32,000 nt of DNA from Mycobacterium leprae TN (lineage in GTDB: Bacteria > Actinomycetota > Actinomycetes > Mycobacteriales > Mycobacteriaceae). Positions within the stretch are counted from its first letter, which is position 1, and the number at the start of each line of letters is the position of its first letter. Under the pieces are notes generated by a model. It saw nothing but the letters and a program-made list of their open reading frames with translations, had not been told where the DNA came from and did no database searches. The DNA is taken from NCBI RefSeq assembly GCF_000195855.1, contig NC_002677.1, forward strand, positions 1,020,001 through 1,052,000, written 5' to 3'. Both the position numbers and the translations under genes were made by a program. Shown in pieces: positions 11,305 to 22,383 of this stretch.

Positions 11305-12056
11305 AAAACCGGACACCAAGACGACGAGTGGCATAGCGCTTAACGTTGTGGTGAGCTCGATCGCGACGCCCAGTATGTTACCGGTGATGTCGTCGAACCG
11401 GCACACAGTAGTGCGCAACTAGGATAGGAGCATGCCGCAGCACACGGCCACCGGCACCGCGATCGGCCTCTGCTACGGTCGTTGGCTTTCCGGCAGTGCA
11501 ATGACCAGCAGCACCGCTAACCAGGCCAACACCACCGGTGCCAGGCCGGGTACCGGCAACCCAACCAGGGCGCCCAGGGCACTTCCGTCAGTAGCTGGCA
11601 CCGACCGATGACAGGCTAGCAATGCGGTGGCCCGGCCGGCAAACACAGCTAGGATGATGGCCGCCGCGTTAAGCATTGAGAACGTCAGCCGCTGTACCGT
11701 GATTGCCAATACTACAGCCCGCTACCCCGAATGGTCCGGGTCGACCCGTCGCGCATTACCGTAAGTGCACGCTGCAGCGGACCGTAGCAGCCCAGCCCGT
11801 CAGCCGTATCGGCAACGGCGTAGATGTGCAAGCTGCGGATCGCGATCAGCAGTGTCGCCACTGCGAGCAGTCCGGATAGCGTGCTGGACGGACCGAAAAC
11901 AAGTGCGCTACCTCACGACACGGCCGTGGCCAGCACGCCCAACGCGGCGCCGACCACCGGCAATGCAGTCATCCTGTCGTGACCTGTTGGGCTATTAGTG
12001 GCCCTGGGGAGGGGAATCGCCGTTGCAAATGCGAAAAATGTTGCTAGACAGCGCAT
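11305..12056 (-). pseudogene. cobS: Decayed adenosylcobinamide-GDP ribazoletransferase
   Basis: N-terminus [47 protein letters not shown] then stop; homologous text continues in other frames ([55 protein letters not shown]; ILAVFAGRATALLACHRSVPA...VVLAWLAVLLVIALP; NILGVAIELTTTLSAMPLVVL). Start overlaps cobT stop (TGATG). 3' boundary approximate. Confidence 0.9.
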
Positions 12057-13111
12057 CACGATGGTGGCGAGGTCGACGTACCGGCCACACCAGCCTCTGC
12101 GAAGGTCGTCATTGACGTCAACGCGGCTACTGCGGCGCGCAGCACCAGTAACGCTGCCGTAGCACCGGTTCCTTCGCCCAGCCGCATCCGCAGGTCCAGA
12201 ATCGGATCCAAGTCCAAAGCTGCCAAAGCCAGGGCATGACCCGGTTCGGTTGACTGATGACCGGCCTGCCACCATTGCCAGGAACCCGGTGCCAGGCGCT
12301 CGGCGACCAGTGCGGCCGCCGTCACCACCATGCCGTCGAGTAGCAACGGGGTACGTCGTACCGCTGCTTGCGCACAGAAGCCCGCCATAGCGGCCAGGTC
12401 GGCGCCGCCGCAGCAGCGCAGCAACCCGACCGGATCGGGCAACACCAGCCGTATCCGACATAAGGCATCGCGCACCGCAGCCGTTTTGCGTGCCCAACTG
12501 GCGTCATCGATCCCGGTTCCGAAGCCCACTACGGCGACTGGTTCGGCGTTCGTCAACGCCGCCACCAAAACCGCCGCTGCGGTGGTGTTTCCAATTCCGA
12601 TGTCGCCGGCGATTAACAGGTCAGCACCGCGGTCGACTTCCTCATCGGCGATGCGTTGACCGGCTATGATCGCTCGGGCAGTCTCGTCTTCGGTTAACGC
12701 GTCCTGGATCGCGATATCGCCACTGCCGCGTCGCACTTTATGGATGCCGATCTGCTGCGACAATGGGTCTGCGTCGACAGCTAAATCCGCGATTCGTATC
12801 GTCGCGTCGGCGATACTCGCTAGTGCGTTGATTGCCGCCCCGCCGCGGTCGATGTTAGCTACCATCTGAGCGGTCAATTGCGGTGGGTATGCCGACACCC
12901 CGGACCGGGCGACACCGTGGTCACCGGCGAACACTACTATCCGAGCACGCTGGAACTGGCGTGGCGGACACTGTCCCTGGCACGACGCCACCCAGATCGA
13001 CAAATCTTCGAGACGGCCCAACGCGCCGCGCGGCTTGGTCAGGGTGTCCTGGCGAGCGCGGGCAGCTGCTGCGGCGTGGCCGTCGGGCGGCGACACTGGC
13101 GCGAACTCCAT
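12056..13111 (-). CDS. cobT: Nicotinate-nucleotide--dimethylbenzimidazole phosphoribosyltransferase
   Basis: [64 protein letters not shown]-like [28 protein letters not shown]; 351 aa, uninterrupted. Confidence 0.94.
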   Translation of the reverse strand: MEFAPVSPPDGHAAAAARARQDTLTKPRGALGRLEDLSIWVASCQGQCPPRQFQRARIVVFAGDHGVARSGVSAYPPQLTAQMVANIDRGGAAINALASIADATIRIADLAVDADPLSQQIGIHKVRRGSGDIAIQDALTEDETARAIIAGQRIADEEVDRGADLLIAGDIGIGNTTAAAVLVAALTNAEPVAVVGFGTGIDDASWARKTAAVRDALCRIRLVLPDPVGLLRCCGGADLAAMAGFCAQAAVRRTPLLLDGMVVTAAALVAERLAPGSWQWWQAGHQSTEPGHALALAALDLDPILDLRMRLGEGTGATAALLVLRAAVAALTSMTTFAEAGVAGTSTSPPS

Positions 13112-13200
13112 CAGGTTCTCGGTGCCTTGATTGGTCCCGGCTGCCCGGCTACCACTCGGGTCAACTTCATTGCCGGGTCGAGACGGCTTTCAGGAGAGGT

Positions 13201-13890
13201 TTAACCGACACTGCTGCCGTGCTCGACTTGGGGTCGGGGTACGCGCAGCCGGCGCATTTGGGATGCTCGACCGGCGGCGTAAAGGCCTAACCTCCAATGG
13301 CTTTCGGTGTTGGATGGAAACTTCACGTCGACCAGCTTGCTGATCTTGCGGCCCAAGATGATTCCGTCGATACCCATCACGGACAACAGCACCAGCATCG
13401 CTGGAGACATGTACAACTGTAGCTGCGGAACCCCGAACGTGATGAATAACAGAACTAGCGCTGACGGTGTGAACAGGCCGAGCGCGTTGCGCCGAGCATC
13501 CACGAGGTCTCGGATGTAGCGGCGTACCGGGCCCTGATCACGTGGCGGCAGGTATGCCTCTTCGCCGGCCATCATGCGCTCCCGGCGATCAGTAATCTGG
13601 GCTTTGCTGGCGGCTCGCTTGGCCCTACGTTCCGCACGGTGGCACTTGGGGGGAGCCAGCGACTTGCGCCGAGCTCGCGCCTCGGAGGCAGTCATCGGCG
13701 CCGGCGTGATTGGCCCTTTTTTCGTGTGGCGTCGGTCGGCATCGTCACGCTTGCGGGTGGGTCGGCCCTTAGGAGCGGTCGTACTGGACCCGCGAGATAG
13801 CGTGTCCGGCAAACTAGCTTCCGAACCCACATTGTCGTCCGATGTCTCGATGTCCTGTCCGTAGCTCTTCTTACGGCCCAGCAATTTCAC
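13201..13890 (-). CDS. DUF3043-family membrane protein (Rv2206-like)
   Basis: Probable GTG start at 13890: VKLLGRKKSYGQDIETSDDNVGSEASLPDTLSRGSSTTAPKGRPTRKRDDADRRHTKKGPITPAPMTASEARARRKS...; two hydrophobic segments. Confidence 0.86.
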   Translation of the reverse strand: MKLLGRKKSYGQDIETSDDNVGSEASLPDTLSRGSSTTAPKGRPTRKRDDADRRHTKKGPITPAPMTASEARARRKSLAPPKCHRAERRAKRAASKAQITDRRERMMAGEEAYLPPRDQGPVRRYIRDLVDARRNALGLFTPSALVLLFITFGVPQLQLYMSPAMLVLLSVMGIDGIILGRKISKLVDVKFPSNTESHWRLGLYAAGRASQMRRLRVPRPQVEHGSSVG

Positions 13891-14082
13891 AATAGCCAGG
13901 CTACTTCGCCGGCAGATAGGCTGCCCACTGGCATGTGCCCGCATTGTGCGTGCGTTAATGTTACTTGAGTCCTAATCTGTGTGTGATGAACGACTGCACT
14001 GTGATGAACGGGCTCGATGGCCTCGGATGCTCAATACCGTGACCATGCGCCAGCCTTGAATCCAGTTCCTCCTGCGATTGCG

Positions 14083-15173
14083 ATGCGCGTGCTGGTGCCG
14101 CTGAATTGTTTGTCCGCGGTGCAAGCCACCGCCGCTATCTCGACCGGCTGGACCCAGTCACATCCGGGCGATCGGCTCCTCCTCGCACCCCCAAAAGATA
14201 ATTATTACTATTGACAGTAATTTAATTTTATTACAGCGTCCCCGGTTTTGTCGAGGTACTGGCCAGTCGATTGGGGGAGCTGCGGGAGTTGCAGGCTTTT
14301 AGGCCGCTGGACGCTCAAGTGTATGTTTGATACCGGTTCGGTTGTGGGCTCCGTACCTGGAGTGCGGTCTGACTCCGCTTGGCAGTTCGCCCAAATCAGA
14401 GGCTGTGCTGTTGGCGTAACAGCAGATGGTAAGGCAATTCATCGCCGAGGCGCTCCGGGCCAGGGTGACCCAGAATGTTGCCGGGGTGACACAAGGATAT
14501 TACTGTTAGTGTGGATGGTACTGTGTACAGTGATGGCGGACAAAGAATGATTGCTGCGCTCAGCTGCCCGACGTCGAACTGATCGCTGTTTCAGACTTTG
14601 AATATCGGCTGCTGGGACCGTGAGGTGCGTCCGGGGTGTTTGGTCTGCAGAAGGGCGCAGACACAACATAGCGTCGCAAAGCATGAAGTCCGCTTAGTGG
14701 CCTGGACAATCGCCGAATTGGTGGCAGCCAAGGTCGGGCGCGATGGATTTTAGTGCCGAGCCTGGTGCGTGTGCCGGTGATGGTATCGGCGCCGGGTTAC
14801 TTGTGTTGGGTGGCCGGTGTGAGTCTGGCGCGGCAATCATCTCCGAACACACCACACTTGGGCGATGGTCTTGTCGCGGCCGGGCTAATTGTTACTGGTG
14901 AGAGCTGGTTCGACGAACAGTCCCTGCACGAAATGGTAGTTAGTTTGATATCTGACGCAGCCGGTCTGCTGGGAATTCCGGTAGTCGTGGTCGAGCAGAT
15001 GTGCCTGGACAAGTCCGCATCGCGATTAGCGGGTAATATAGCTATTTAGTCGATTGTCAAATACGTTAGTTTAGGTGCGGCTAGCGTGAAATAACACGGT
15101 CAACTAGGTCATGGGTTTGGCGTTTGTTGTCGCGGAGCGACTCGGGAATAGCGGTACTGCAAGGTATCGTTAA
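14083..15173 (+). pseudogene. Decayed glycerate-kinase family gene (Rv2205c-like)
   Basis: Start MRVLVPLNCLSAVQATAAISTGWTQSHPGDRLLLAPP at 14083; then VPGFVEVLASRLGELRELQAF, YLECGL, later [19 protein letters not shown] and VVVEQMCLDKSASRLAG in shifted frames; final VAERLGNSGTARYR + stop TAA at 15171-15173. Multiple stops and frameshifts. Confidence 0.85.
14193..14240. other. Extremely AT-rich insertion inside pseudogene
   Basis: AAAAGATAATAATTATTACTATTGACAGTAATTTAATTTTATTACAGC, about 13% GC over 14193-14238, interrupts homology between ...LLLAPP and VPGFVEVL. Confidence 0.85.
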
Positions 15174-15223
15174 GGTGATGGGTTGGCGAACCCACCCAAA
15201 TAATCACGCATGTAGGAGAAGCA

Positions 15224-15580
15224 ATGGCTGTGCAGAACGAGTTAAGTGCCAAGACCCACGGAGTGATCCTGACCGATGTCGCTGCCACTAAGGCGAAGTC
15301 GCTGCTGGACCAAGAGGGACGTGACGACCTGGCGTTGCGTATCGCGGTTCAGCCGGGTGGGTGCGCAGGGCTGCGCTACAATCTTTTCTTCGACGACCGG
15401 ACCCTGGATGGCGATCTCACTGCGGAGTTCGGTGGTGTGACTTTGACGGTGGATCGAATGAGCGCCCCCTACGTGGAAGGCGCGTCTATTGACTTCGTGG
15501 ACACCATCGAAAAGCAGGGCTTCACCATAGACAATCCCAACGCCAATGGCTCCTGCGCTTGCGGGGATTCGTTCAACTGA
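15224..15580 (+). CDS. A-type iron-sulfur carrier (HesB/IscA/ErpA-like, Rv2204c-like)
   Basis: GVILTDVAATKAKSLLDQEGRDDLALRIAVQPGGCAGLRYNLFF...NANGSCACGDSF with the three conserved Cys; 118 aa. Confidence 0.93.
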   Translation: MAVQNELSAKTHGVILTDVAATKAKSLLDQEGRDDLALRIAVQPGGCAGLRYNLFFDDRTLDGDLTAEFGGVTLTVDRMSAPYVEGASIDFVDTIEKQGFTIDNPNANGSCACGDSFN

Positions 15581-15614
15581 CGAGACCGCAGGGGTCGGCT
15601 CGGTCGTAGCCGGC

Positions 15615-16256
15615 CTAGTGCGAGTCCGCGGTGCGCAACATGTACGAGCACACCAGGACCTGGTTGCGTCGGTAAAGCAACTGTGCGATGCCTTGTATCT
15701 GCCTGCGCTTCGGGCCTCCGGTGGCAGGTGATGTCCGCATGGTGAATAGCACCTGGGCCTGGTAAGGTGACCAGTACACTATCTGGTCGATCGAGGTTAG
15801 CTCGACCTGGGAGAACTGCTTTCGGAACGCGTCGCTACTCAGCTGTGCCAGCGCCTGGTCGGGCCGCTGGTCGCGGACGGAGTCGTACATACCGCACAGC
15901 GCGTTGCGGGCGATGGTGTTGATGTTGCTCTGTTCGAGGGCTTTCAGATAATCTTCAATCGCCGTTTTGGCCGTTACCTCGGAGAATGTGCCCCCTGTTT
16001 TAGATCCGTTTGTCCGAACCCCGTAGATGATTACTGCCGTCATCGCGGCTACCAGCGCGATAGCCACCAGCACGCTAATGATTAGTCGCTTCGACCGTCG
16101 CCTCGGGTATGACACTGCAGGTGGCAGCATCCTGGGATAGGCGGGTGTTTTGTCTTCTACATGGATGGAGGACTGGGTGGTTGCGAAGGCGGTGTCTGCA
16201 TAAGGTGACGGTTTGTCGGTGCCGACAGTAGGATTCGGCGTATGCGGACCGTCCAT
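15615..16256 (-). CDS. Single-pass membrane protein (Rv2203-like)
   Basis: Probable ATG at 16256: MDGPHTPNPTVGTDKPSPYADTAFATTQSS...; TM segment RLIISVLVAIALVAAMTAVIIYGV; extracytoplasmic domain intact. Confidence 0.8.
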   Translation of the reverse strand: MDGPHTPNPTVGTDKPSPYADTAFATTQSSIHVEDKTPAYPRMLPPAVSYPRRRSKRLIISVLVAIALVAAMTAVIIYGVRTNGSKTGGTFSEVTAKTAIEDYLKALEQSNINTIARNALCGMYDSVRDQRPDQALAQLSSDAFRKQFSQVELTSIDQIVYWSPYQAQVLFTMRTSPATGGPKRRQIQGIAQLLYRRNQVLVCSYMLRTADSH

Positions 16257-16442
16257 CGTGGTTCTCCTGCGGTGGGGTGGATGGGGCGACGAGCAGTTGC
16301 CGCTCCACATTGGCGTTTGGGGCAACCAGACGAGCTCTCTAGGCAGGCTAGCGCAAACCTGCCCGCGGTCGCGGATGCATCGGGGCTATTCGCAACGTTT
16401 GTACCCGTGGATAGGTGAAACGACTTGATGGACGAAGGGTGA

Positions 16443-17423
<981 letters not shown>

Positions 17424-17605
17424 TGCACCAGCTCGGCCAGGTGAGCCTAAATATGTAGTTATTTGGTCGGAGCAGTAGGGTTCCGGCAACTCACGATACG
17501 CGGGTCTAGCTGCTCGGTGTCGTCACCTTAAATTAAATTATTGCCTTCATCGCATGGCTGTACCCTTATCCGCGCATCCGGCTTAACTGCGGCCCGGTTA
17601 GTTAC

Positions 17606-19588
17606 TTACGGCTGTACCGGATACTGTGGCTCGCTGATCTGTGGCACCACACTGTGTTCGATGAAGATGGCGTGCCACAGCATAAAAATTAGCACCGTCC
17701 ACAGCCGGCGACTATGATCGCTGATGCCACCTCGGTGCTCGTCAAGCATCCGGTGCACGGCGGCTAGGTTGACCAGATGTTCGGCCTGCGACGAGTTCAC
17801 CAGCGCGTACGCCCATTCCAGCAGTTCGCCGGCGCGCAGCCAATGCCGGATTGGGACCGGGAACCCGAGTTTGGGGCGATGCAACACGTGTGCCGGGACG
17901 ATGGATTCCAGTGCGCGCCGCAGTGCGTATTTCGTGGTGGTGCGGGTGATCTTTGCCTGCATGGGTAACCGGGACGCCACGGCGAACACTTCGGGATCAA
18001 GGAACGGTACCCGCAGCTCCAGCGAATTGGCCATTGTCATCTTGTCGGCCTTGGCCAAAATGTCGCCACGTAGCCAGGTGAACAGATCGATGTGCTGCAT
18101 GCGGGCTACCGGGTCCCAGCCGACGGATTCGGCGTACACCGCTGCCGTGACGTCGGTGTGGGTCCAGCCCGTGTGGAACCTGGGTAGCACAGCCTGCAAC
18201 TGCGCTTCCGAGAAATTGCGGGCATTGCCGTAGTAGCGTTCCTCGAGCGTGAGTGATCCGCGGTGTAGCAGATTCTTGCCGCGCATACCTTCGGGCAGAG
18301 ATTTGGACACCTTGCCCATCGAGCGTCGCAGTGGCCCGGGTAGGTAGTCGAAGGGCTTCAACGACAGCGGCTCTCGATAGATTCTGTAGCCGCCGAACAG
18401 CTCGTCGGCGCCCTCGCCGGACAACACCACCTTGACGTGCTTGCGAGCTTCGCGGGCGACGAAAAACAGCGGAACCAGGGCCGGGTCGGCAATTGGCTCG
18501 TCGAGATACCAGACGATCTCCGGCAGGGCGGCGACGAACTCGTTGGGGGTAACCACCTTCACGATGTGGCGCGCACCGATTGCTTCAGCCGAAGCAGCCG
18601 CCACGTCGATCTCGGAGAATCCCTCATGCTCGAAGCCGGTGGTAAATGTAATCAGCCGCGGATTGTGTCGGATCGCCAGTGCTGCGATGGCTGTGGAGTC
18701 GATACCGCCGGACAGAAACGAGCCAACGGTGACGTCGGCGCGCATGTGCTTGGCCACTGAGTCCGCAAGCACTGCGGTGATTTCGCCGTAGCGGGTCTGT
18801 TCAGTGCTGCTGGTGATCGGTGTGGCGGCAAATTGCGGCACGAAGTAGCGGGTGGTCGCTGGATCGAGCTGTTCGGGACGGATACGTGCGTAACAGCCAG
18901 ATTCGAGTCGGTGCACCCCGCGATGCAGCGTCTCGGGCTCGGGCACGTACTGCAGGACCGTGTAGTGCTGTAGTGCGCGGGTGTCAATCTGCGTGTCGAA
19001 TCTGATCACTTCGGCCAGTTCAAGCAGGCATTTCTTTTCGCTGGCCACCGCGGTGCCGTTGGTTCCGGTCGCCATGAACAGTGGTTTGATCCCGAAAGGG
19101 TCTCGGGCACAGAACAATTCGTGGGCGATGGTGTCCCACAGCGCGAAGGCGAACATGCCACGCAGCCGTGTTAGTATCTCGGTGCCCCAGTAATGGAAGC
19201 CGGCGACGATAGATTCACCGTCTCCGTCGGTGGCGAAAGCAGCGCCGTGCCGGATGACCAGCTCGTCGCGCAGCTCCAGGTAGTTGTAGATCTCGCCGTT
19301 GAATACCAGGATGTAGCGGTTGGGTGTCTCCGGTGGTCCCCACCGCAGCGGCTGATGCGAATGCGCAATGTCGATGATGGACAACCGGTTAAACCCAAAC
19401 GCAACCCCTCCCGAGAACCCATCAATGTCCGGGTCGGACCAGGTGCTTAGCTCGTCAGGCCCGCGGTGACGCATCAAATGTACCGCGCGGGCCATGGAAT
19501 GATCGGCCTGAAGAATGTTGTTGGTCCCACCAGAGCCGCGGCTATCAGCGCGCGCCGAAGCCACTACAAACGCCAGCAGTCCACACAC
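17606..19588 (-). CDS. asnB: Glutamine-dependent asparagine synthetase
   Basis: Class II glutamine amidotransferase requires N-terminal Cys after initiator; GTG at 19588 precedes CGLLAFVV. FNGEIYNYLELRDEL, FLSGGIDSTAIAALA, SGEGADELFGGY; ORF track start at 19639 is likely upstream of the true start. Confidence 0.93.
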   Translation of the reverse strand: MCGLLAFVVASARADSRGSGGTNNILQADHSMARAVHLMRHRGPDELSTWSDPDIDGFSGGVAFGFNRLSIIDIAHSHQPLRWGPPETPNRYILVFNGEIYNYLELRDELVIRHGAAFATDGDGESIVAGFHYWGTEILTRLRGMFAFALWDTIAHELFCARDPFGIKPLFMATGTNGTAVASEKKCLLELAEVIRFDTQIDTRALQHYTVLQYVPEPETLHRGVHRLESGCYARIRPEQLDPATTRYFVPQFAATPITSSTEQTRYGEITAVLADSVAKHMRADVTVGSFLSGGIDSTAIAALAIRHNPRLITFTTGFEHEGFSEIDVAAASAEAIGARHIVKVVTPNEFVAALPEIVWYLDEPIADPALVPLFFVAREARKHVKVVLSGEGADELFGGYRIYREPLSLKPFDYLPGPLRRSMGKVSKSLPEGMRGKNLLHRGSLTLEERYYGNARNFSEAQLQAVLPRFHTGWTHTDVTAAVYAESVGWDPVARMQHIDLFTWLRGDILAKADKMTMANSLELRVPFLDPEVFAVASRLPMQAKITRTTTKYALRRALESIVPAHVLHRPKLGFPVPIRHWLRAGELLEWAYALVNSSQAEHLVNLAAVHRMLDEHRGGISDHSRRLWTVLIFMLWHAIFIEHSVVPQISEPQYPVQP

Positions 19589-19781
19589 GGCAATCCAGTA
19601 TGCCTCATTCGGCAATGTTCGTAGGCGCCGATCATCCATCGTCGTTGGGACCCGTATCGCCTCTTGGGCGAGTGCCGTGGTCTACGCTGCGTAGTATTAG
19701 ACATCCGAGTTAGCCGAAGAATCCCGCCTTTAAGCGGGTTAGCTTCGAATCGGCCCAGCTTGTGATACAGGAGGCGCCAAA

Positions 19782-20843
19782 GTGACAGCTCGCGAGTTAG
19801 TCTGTTCGCAACGTGTCGGTCAGGGTCTCTCTCGTCGTCTTCGGCCGCTGGTGCTGGCCGTGACACTGGGTGTGCTGGTGGTCACCCTGAGCGGATGCAG
19901 CTGGTCGGACGCGTTGGCCATTGGCTGGCCGGAAGGCATCACCCCGGAGGCCCACCTCAACCGACAGCTGTGGATCGGTGCGGTGGTCGCCTCCCTGGTC
20001 GTCGGTGTCATTGTGTGGGGTCTCATTTTCTGGTCGACCATCTTCCACCGGAAGAAAACAACCGACACCGAGTTGCCGCGTCAATTCGGCTACAACATGC
20101 CGCTGGAGTTGGTGCTGACCGTGACGCCATTCCTCATCATTTCTATGCTGTTCTATTTCACTGTGATAGTGCAGGATAAGATGCTGTACCTCGCCAAGGA
20201 TCCCGAAGTTGTCATTGATGTTACGGCCTTTCAGTGGAACTGGAAGTTCGGCTATCAGCGGGTCGATTTCAAAGACGGCACCTTGACCTACGACGGGGTC
20301 GATCCGGCCCGCAAAAAGGCCATGGTCTCCAAGCCAGAGGGCAAGGACTCCCATGGTGAGGAGCTCGTCGGGGCGGTGCGTGGGCTCAATACCGAGGACC
20401 GGGCCTACCTGAACTTCGACAAGGTTGAAACTTTGGGCACTACTACTGAAATTCCGGTGCTTGTGCTGCCCGCTGGCAAGCGCATCGAGTTCCAATTGAA
20501 CTCCGCCGACGTGGTTCACTCGTTTTGGGTGCCGAAATTTTTGTTCAAGCGCGACGTCATGCCCAACCCGGTGGCGAACAACTCCGTGAACGTCTTCCAG
20601 GTCGAAGAGATAACAAAGACCGGGGCATTCGTCGGCCACTGCGCTGAGATGTGCGGTACATATCACTCGATGATGAACTTCGAAGTTCGAGTTGTCGCTC
20701 CTAACGACTTCAAGGCCTATTTGCAACAACGGATCGACGGAAAAACCAACGCTGAAGCATTGCAGGTGATCGCTCAGCCTCCGCTGGCGGTGACTACCCA
20801 CCCGTTTGATACCCGTCGCGGACAGTTGACCAACAGCCAGTAG
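19782..20843 (+). CDS. ctaC: Cytochrome c oxidase subunit II (lipoprotein)
   Basis: Lipobox VTLSGC, CuA site [36 protein letters not shown]; 353 aa. Confidence 0.95.
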   Translation: MTARELVCSQRVGQGLSRRLRPLVLAVTLGVLVVTLSGCSWSDALAIGWPEGITPEAHLNRQLWIGAVVASLVVGVIVWGLIFWSTIFHRKKTTDTELPRQFGYNMPLELVLTVTPFLIISMLFYFTVIVQDKMLYLAKDPEVVIDVTAFQWNWKFGYQRVDFKDGTLTYDGVDPARKKAMVSKPEGKDSHGEELVGAVRGLNTEDRAYLNFDKVETLGTTTEIPVLVLPAGKRIEFQLNSADVVHSFWVPKFLFKRDVMPNPVANNSVNVFQVEEITKTGAFVGHCAEMCGTYHSMMNFEVRVVAPNDFKAYLQQRIDGKTNAEALQVIAQPPLAVTTHPFDTRRGQLTNSQ

Positions 20844-20884
20844 GTAGTCCCACTAAGGGTCCAGTAGGTAGTCCCACTAAGGGT
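20837..20884. repeat. Perfect tandem duplication, 2 x 24 bp (CCAGTAGGTAGTCCCACTAAGGGT)
   Basis: Copies at 20837-20860 and 20861-20884; first copy contains the ctaC stop TAG (20841-20843). Confidence 0.97.
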
Positions 20885-20895
20885 TAGGACACGCA

Positions 20896-21315
20896 ATGCA
20901 TATCGAAGCGAGGCTATTCGAGTTTGTCGCTGTGTTCTTTGTCATCATGGCGGTGCTGTATGGAGTGCTGACTTCGATGTTCGCCACCGGTGGTGTGGAT
21001 TGGGTCGGCACTACAGCCCTAGCGCTGACCGGAGGTCTAGCGTTGATCGTTGCCACCTTCTTTCGTTTTGTGGCTCGTCGGTTGGATATTCGACCAGAAG
21101 ACTATGAAGGTGCTGAGATCAGTGATGGTGCAGGGGAATTGGGGTTCTTCAGCCCGCACAGTTGGTGGCCGGTTCTGGTCGCCTTGTCGGGCTCGGTGGC
21201 GGCAGTCGGTATAGCGCTGTGGCTGCCGTGGTTGATCGTTGCCGGAGTCGTGTTCGTTCTTGCCTCGGCAGCCGGACTGGTCTTCGAGTACTACGTCGGC
21301 CCGGAGAAGCACTGA
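20896..21315 (+). CDS. ctaF: Actinobacterial cytochrome c oxidase subunit IV
   Basis: [52 protein letters not shown]...; four hydrophobic segments; 139 aa. Confidence 0.94.
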   Translation: MHIEARLFEFVAVFFVIMAVLYGVLTSMFATGGVDWVGTTALALTGGLALIVATFFRFVARRLDIRPEDYEGAEISDGAGELGFFSPHSWWPVLVALSGSVAAVGIALWLPWLIVAGVVFVLASAAGLVFEYYVGPEKH

Positions 21316-21501
21316 TTGGTCGGTACCGGATAAGGTCATAATTAGGGAACCAGTTGATTAGTGGGTAGTTCGCCAAGCTTGTTTGCCTTTCTCAGTTCGG
21401 TAGGGTTGCCGAGGCAGAATGAGAATCTCTTGAGCGCGCGTGCAACGATGTAGCCGCGCGGACCCGCGCACAGGTGATGCAGTTGGACAGGGTAGGCAAA
21501 C

Positions 21502-22383
21502 ATGAGCGGGCCGAATCCCCCGGGACGGGAAAATGAGGAATCCGATTCCGGCAACGAGCTCAGCGGTGAATTGGATCCCCATAACGGCGTAGAGTCCGTT
21601 GACGAATTGGTACCCGTACCGGATAGCGATTTAGTAACAGCGAGTGACCATACCAGCGAGACCGAGGTATACTCACAGGCCTACTCGGCTCCTGAGGCCG
21701 AGCATTTCACTGCTGTCCCGTACGTGCCGGCGGATCTCAGGCTCTATGACTACGACGAGTCGTCGGTCTACGATGAGCCGGGTGCTGCTCCGCGCTGGCC
21801 GTGGGTGGTTGGCGTTGCTGCCATCTTGGCCGCGATCTCACTGGTGGTTTCGGTGTCGCTGCTGTTCACGCGTACCGACACCAGCAAACTTTCTACCCCA
21901 ACCACTGGACGGTCCACTCCGCCGGTGCAGGACGAAATCACCACCGTTAAGCCACCACCACCCAGCACGGAGACTTCGACAGCGACGGAGACGCAGACAG
22001 TGACGGTGACGCCTTTGCCACCACCGTCGGCGACGAGCACCGCAGTGCCACCGTCATCGGTGGTACCGCCCCCGCCGACGACGCCTACGACTACGGTCAC
22101 TACGTTGACTGGTCCTCGGCAGGTCACCTATTCGGTGACGGGCACCAAAGCGCCGGGTGACATCATTTCGGTGACCTACGTTGATGCCTCCGGTCGGCGA
22201 CGGACTCAGCACAACGTCTATATTCCGTGGTCAATGACCGTTACACCGATCTCGCAATCCGATGTCGGCTCGGTTGAGGCGTTTAGCCTCTTTCGGGTCA
22301 GCAAACTCAACTGCTTGATCACCACAAGTGACGGAACGGTGCTTTCGTCGAATAGCAACGACGCACCGCAAACGAGTTGCTGA
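21502..22383 (+). CDS. mmpS3: MmpS-family membrane protein
   Basis: Acidic N-terminus, [25 protein letters not shown], Thr/Pro-rich linker, C-terminal MmpS domain [24 protein letters not shown]...IPWSMTVTP; 293 aa. Confidence 0.92.
   Translation: MSGPNPPGRENEESDSGNELSGELDPHNGVESVDELVPVPDSDLVTASDHTSETEVYSQAYSAPEAEHFTAVPYVPADLRLYDYDESSVYDEPGAAPRWPWVVGVAAILAAISLVVSVSLLFTRTDTSKLSTPTTGRSTPPVQDEITTVKPPPPSTETSTATETQTVTVTPLPPPSATSTAVPPSSVVPPPPTTPTTTVTTLTGPRQVTYSVTGTKAPGDIISVTYVDASGRRRTQHNVYIPWSMTVTPISQSDVGSVEAFSLFRVSKLNCLITTSDGTVLSSNSNDAPQTSC

Noticed and set aside
19797-20801. 334-aa open frame on the - strand opposite ctaC
   Set aside because: Fully antisense to a well-recognised ctaC; low-complexity charged composition typical of shadow ORFs in GC-rich DNA; no recognisable domain.
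22035-22110. Pro/Thr-rich repeat-like tract in mmpS3 as a tandem repeat
   Set aside because: Degenerate PPP/TTT codons forming the linker of MmpS3; no exact nucleotide repeat unit.
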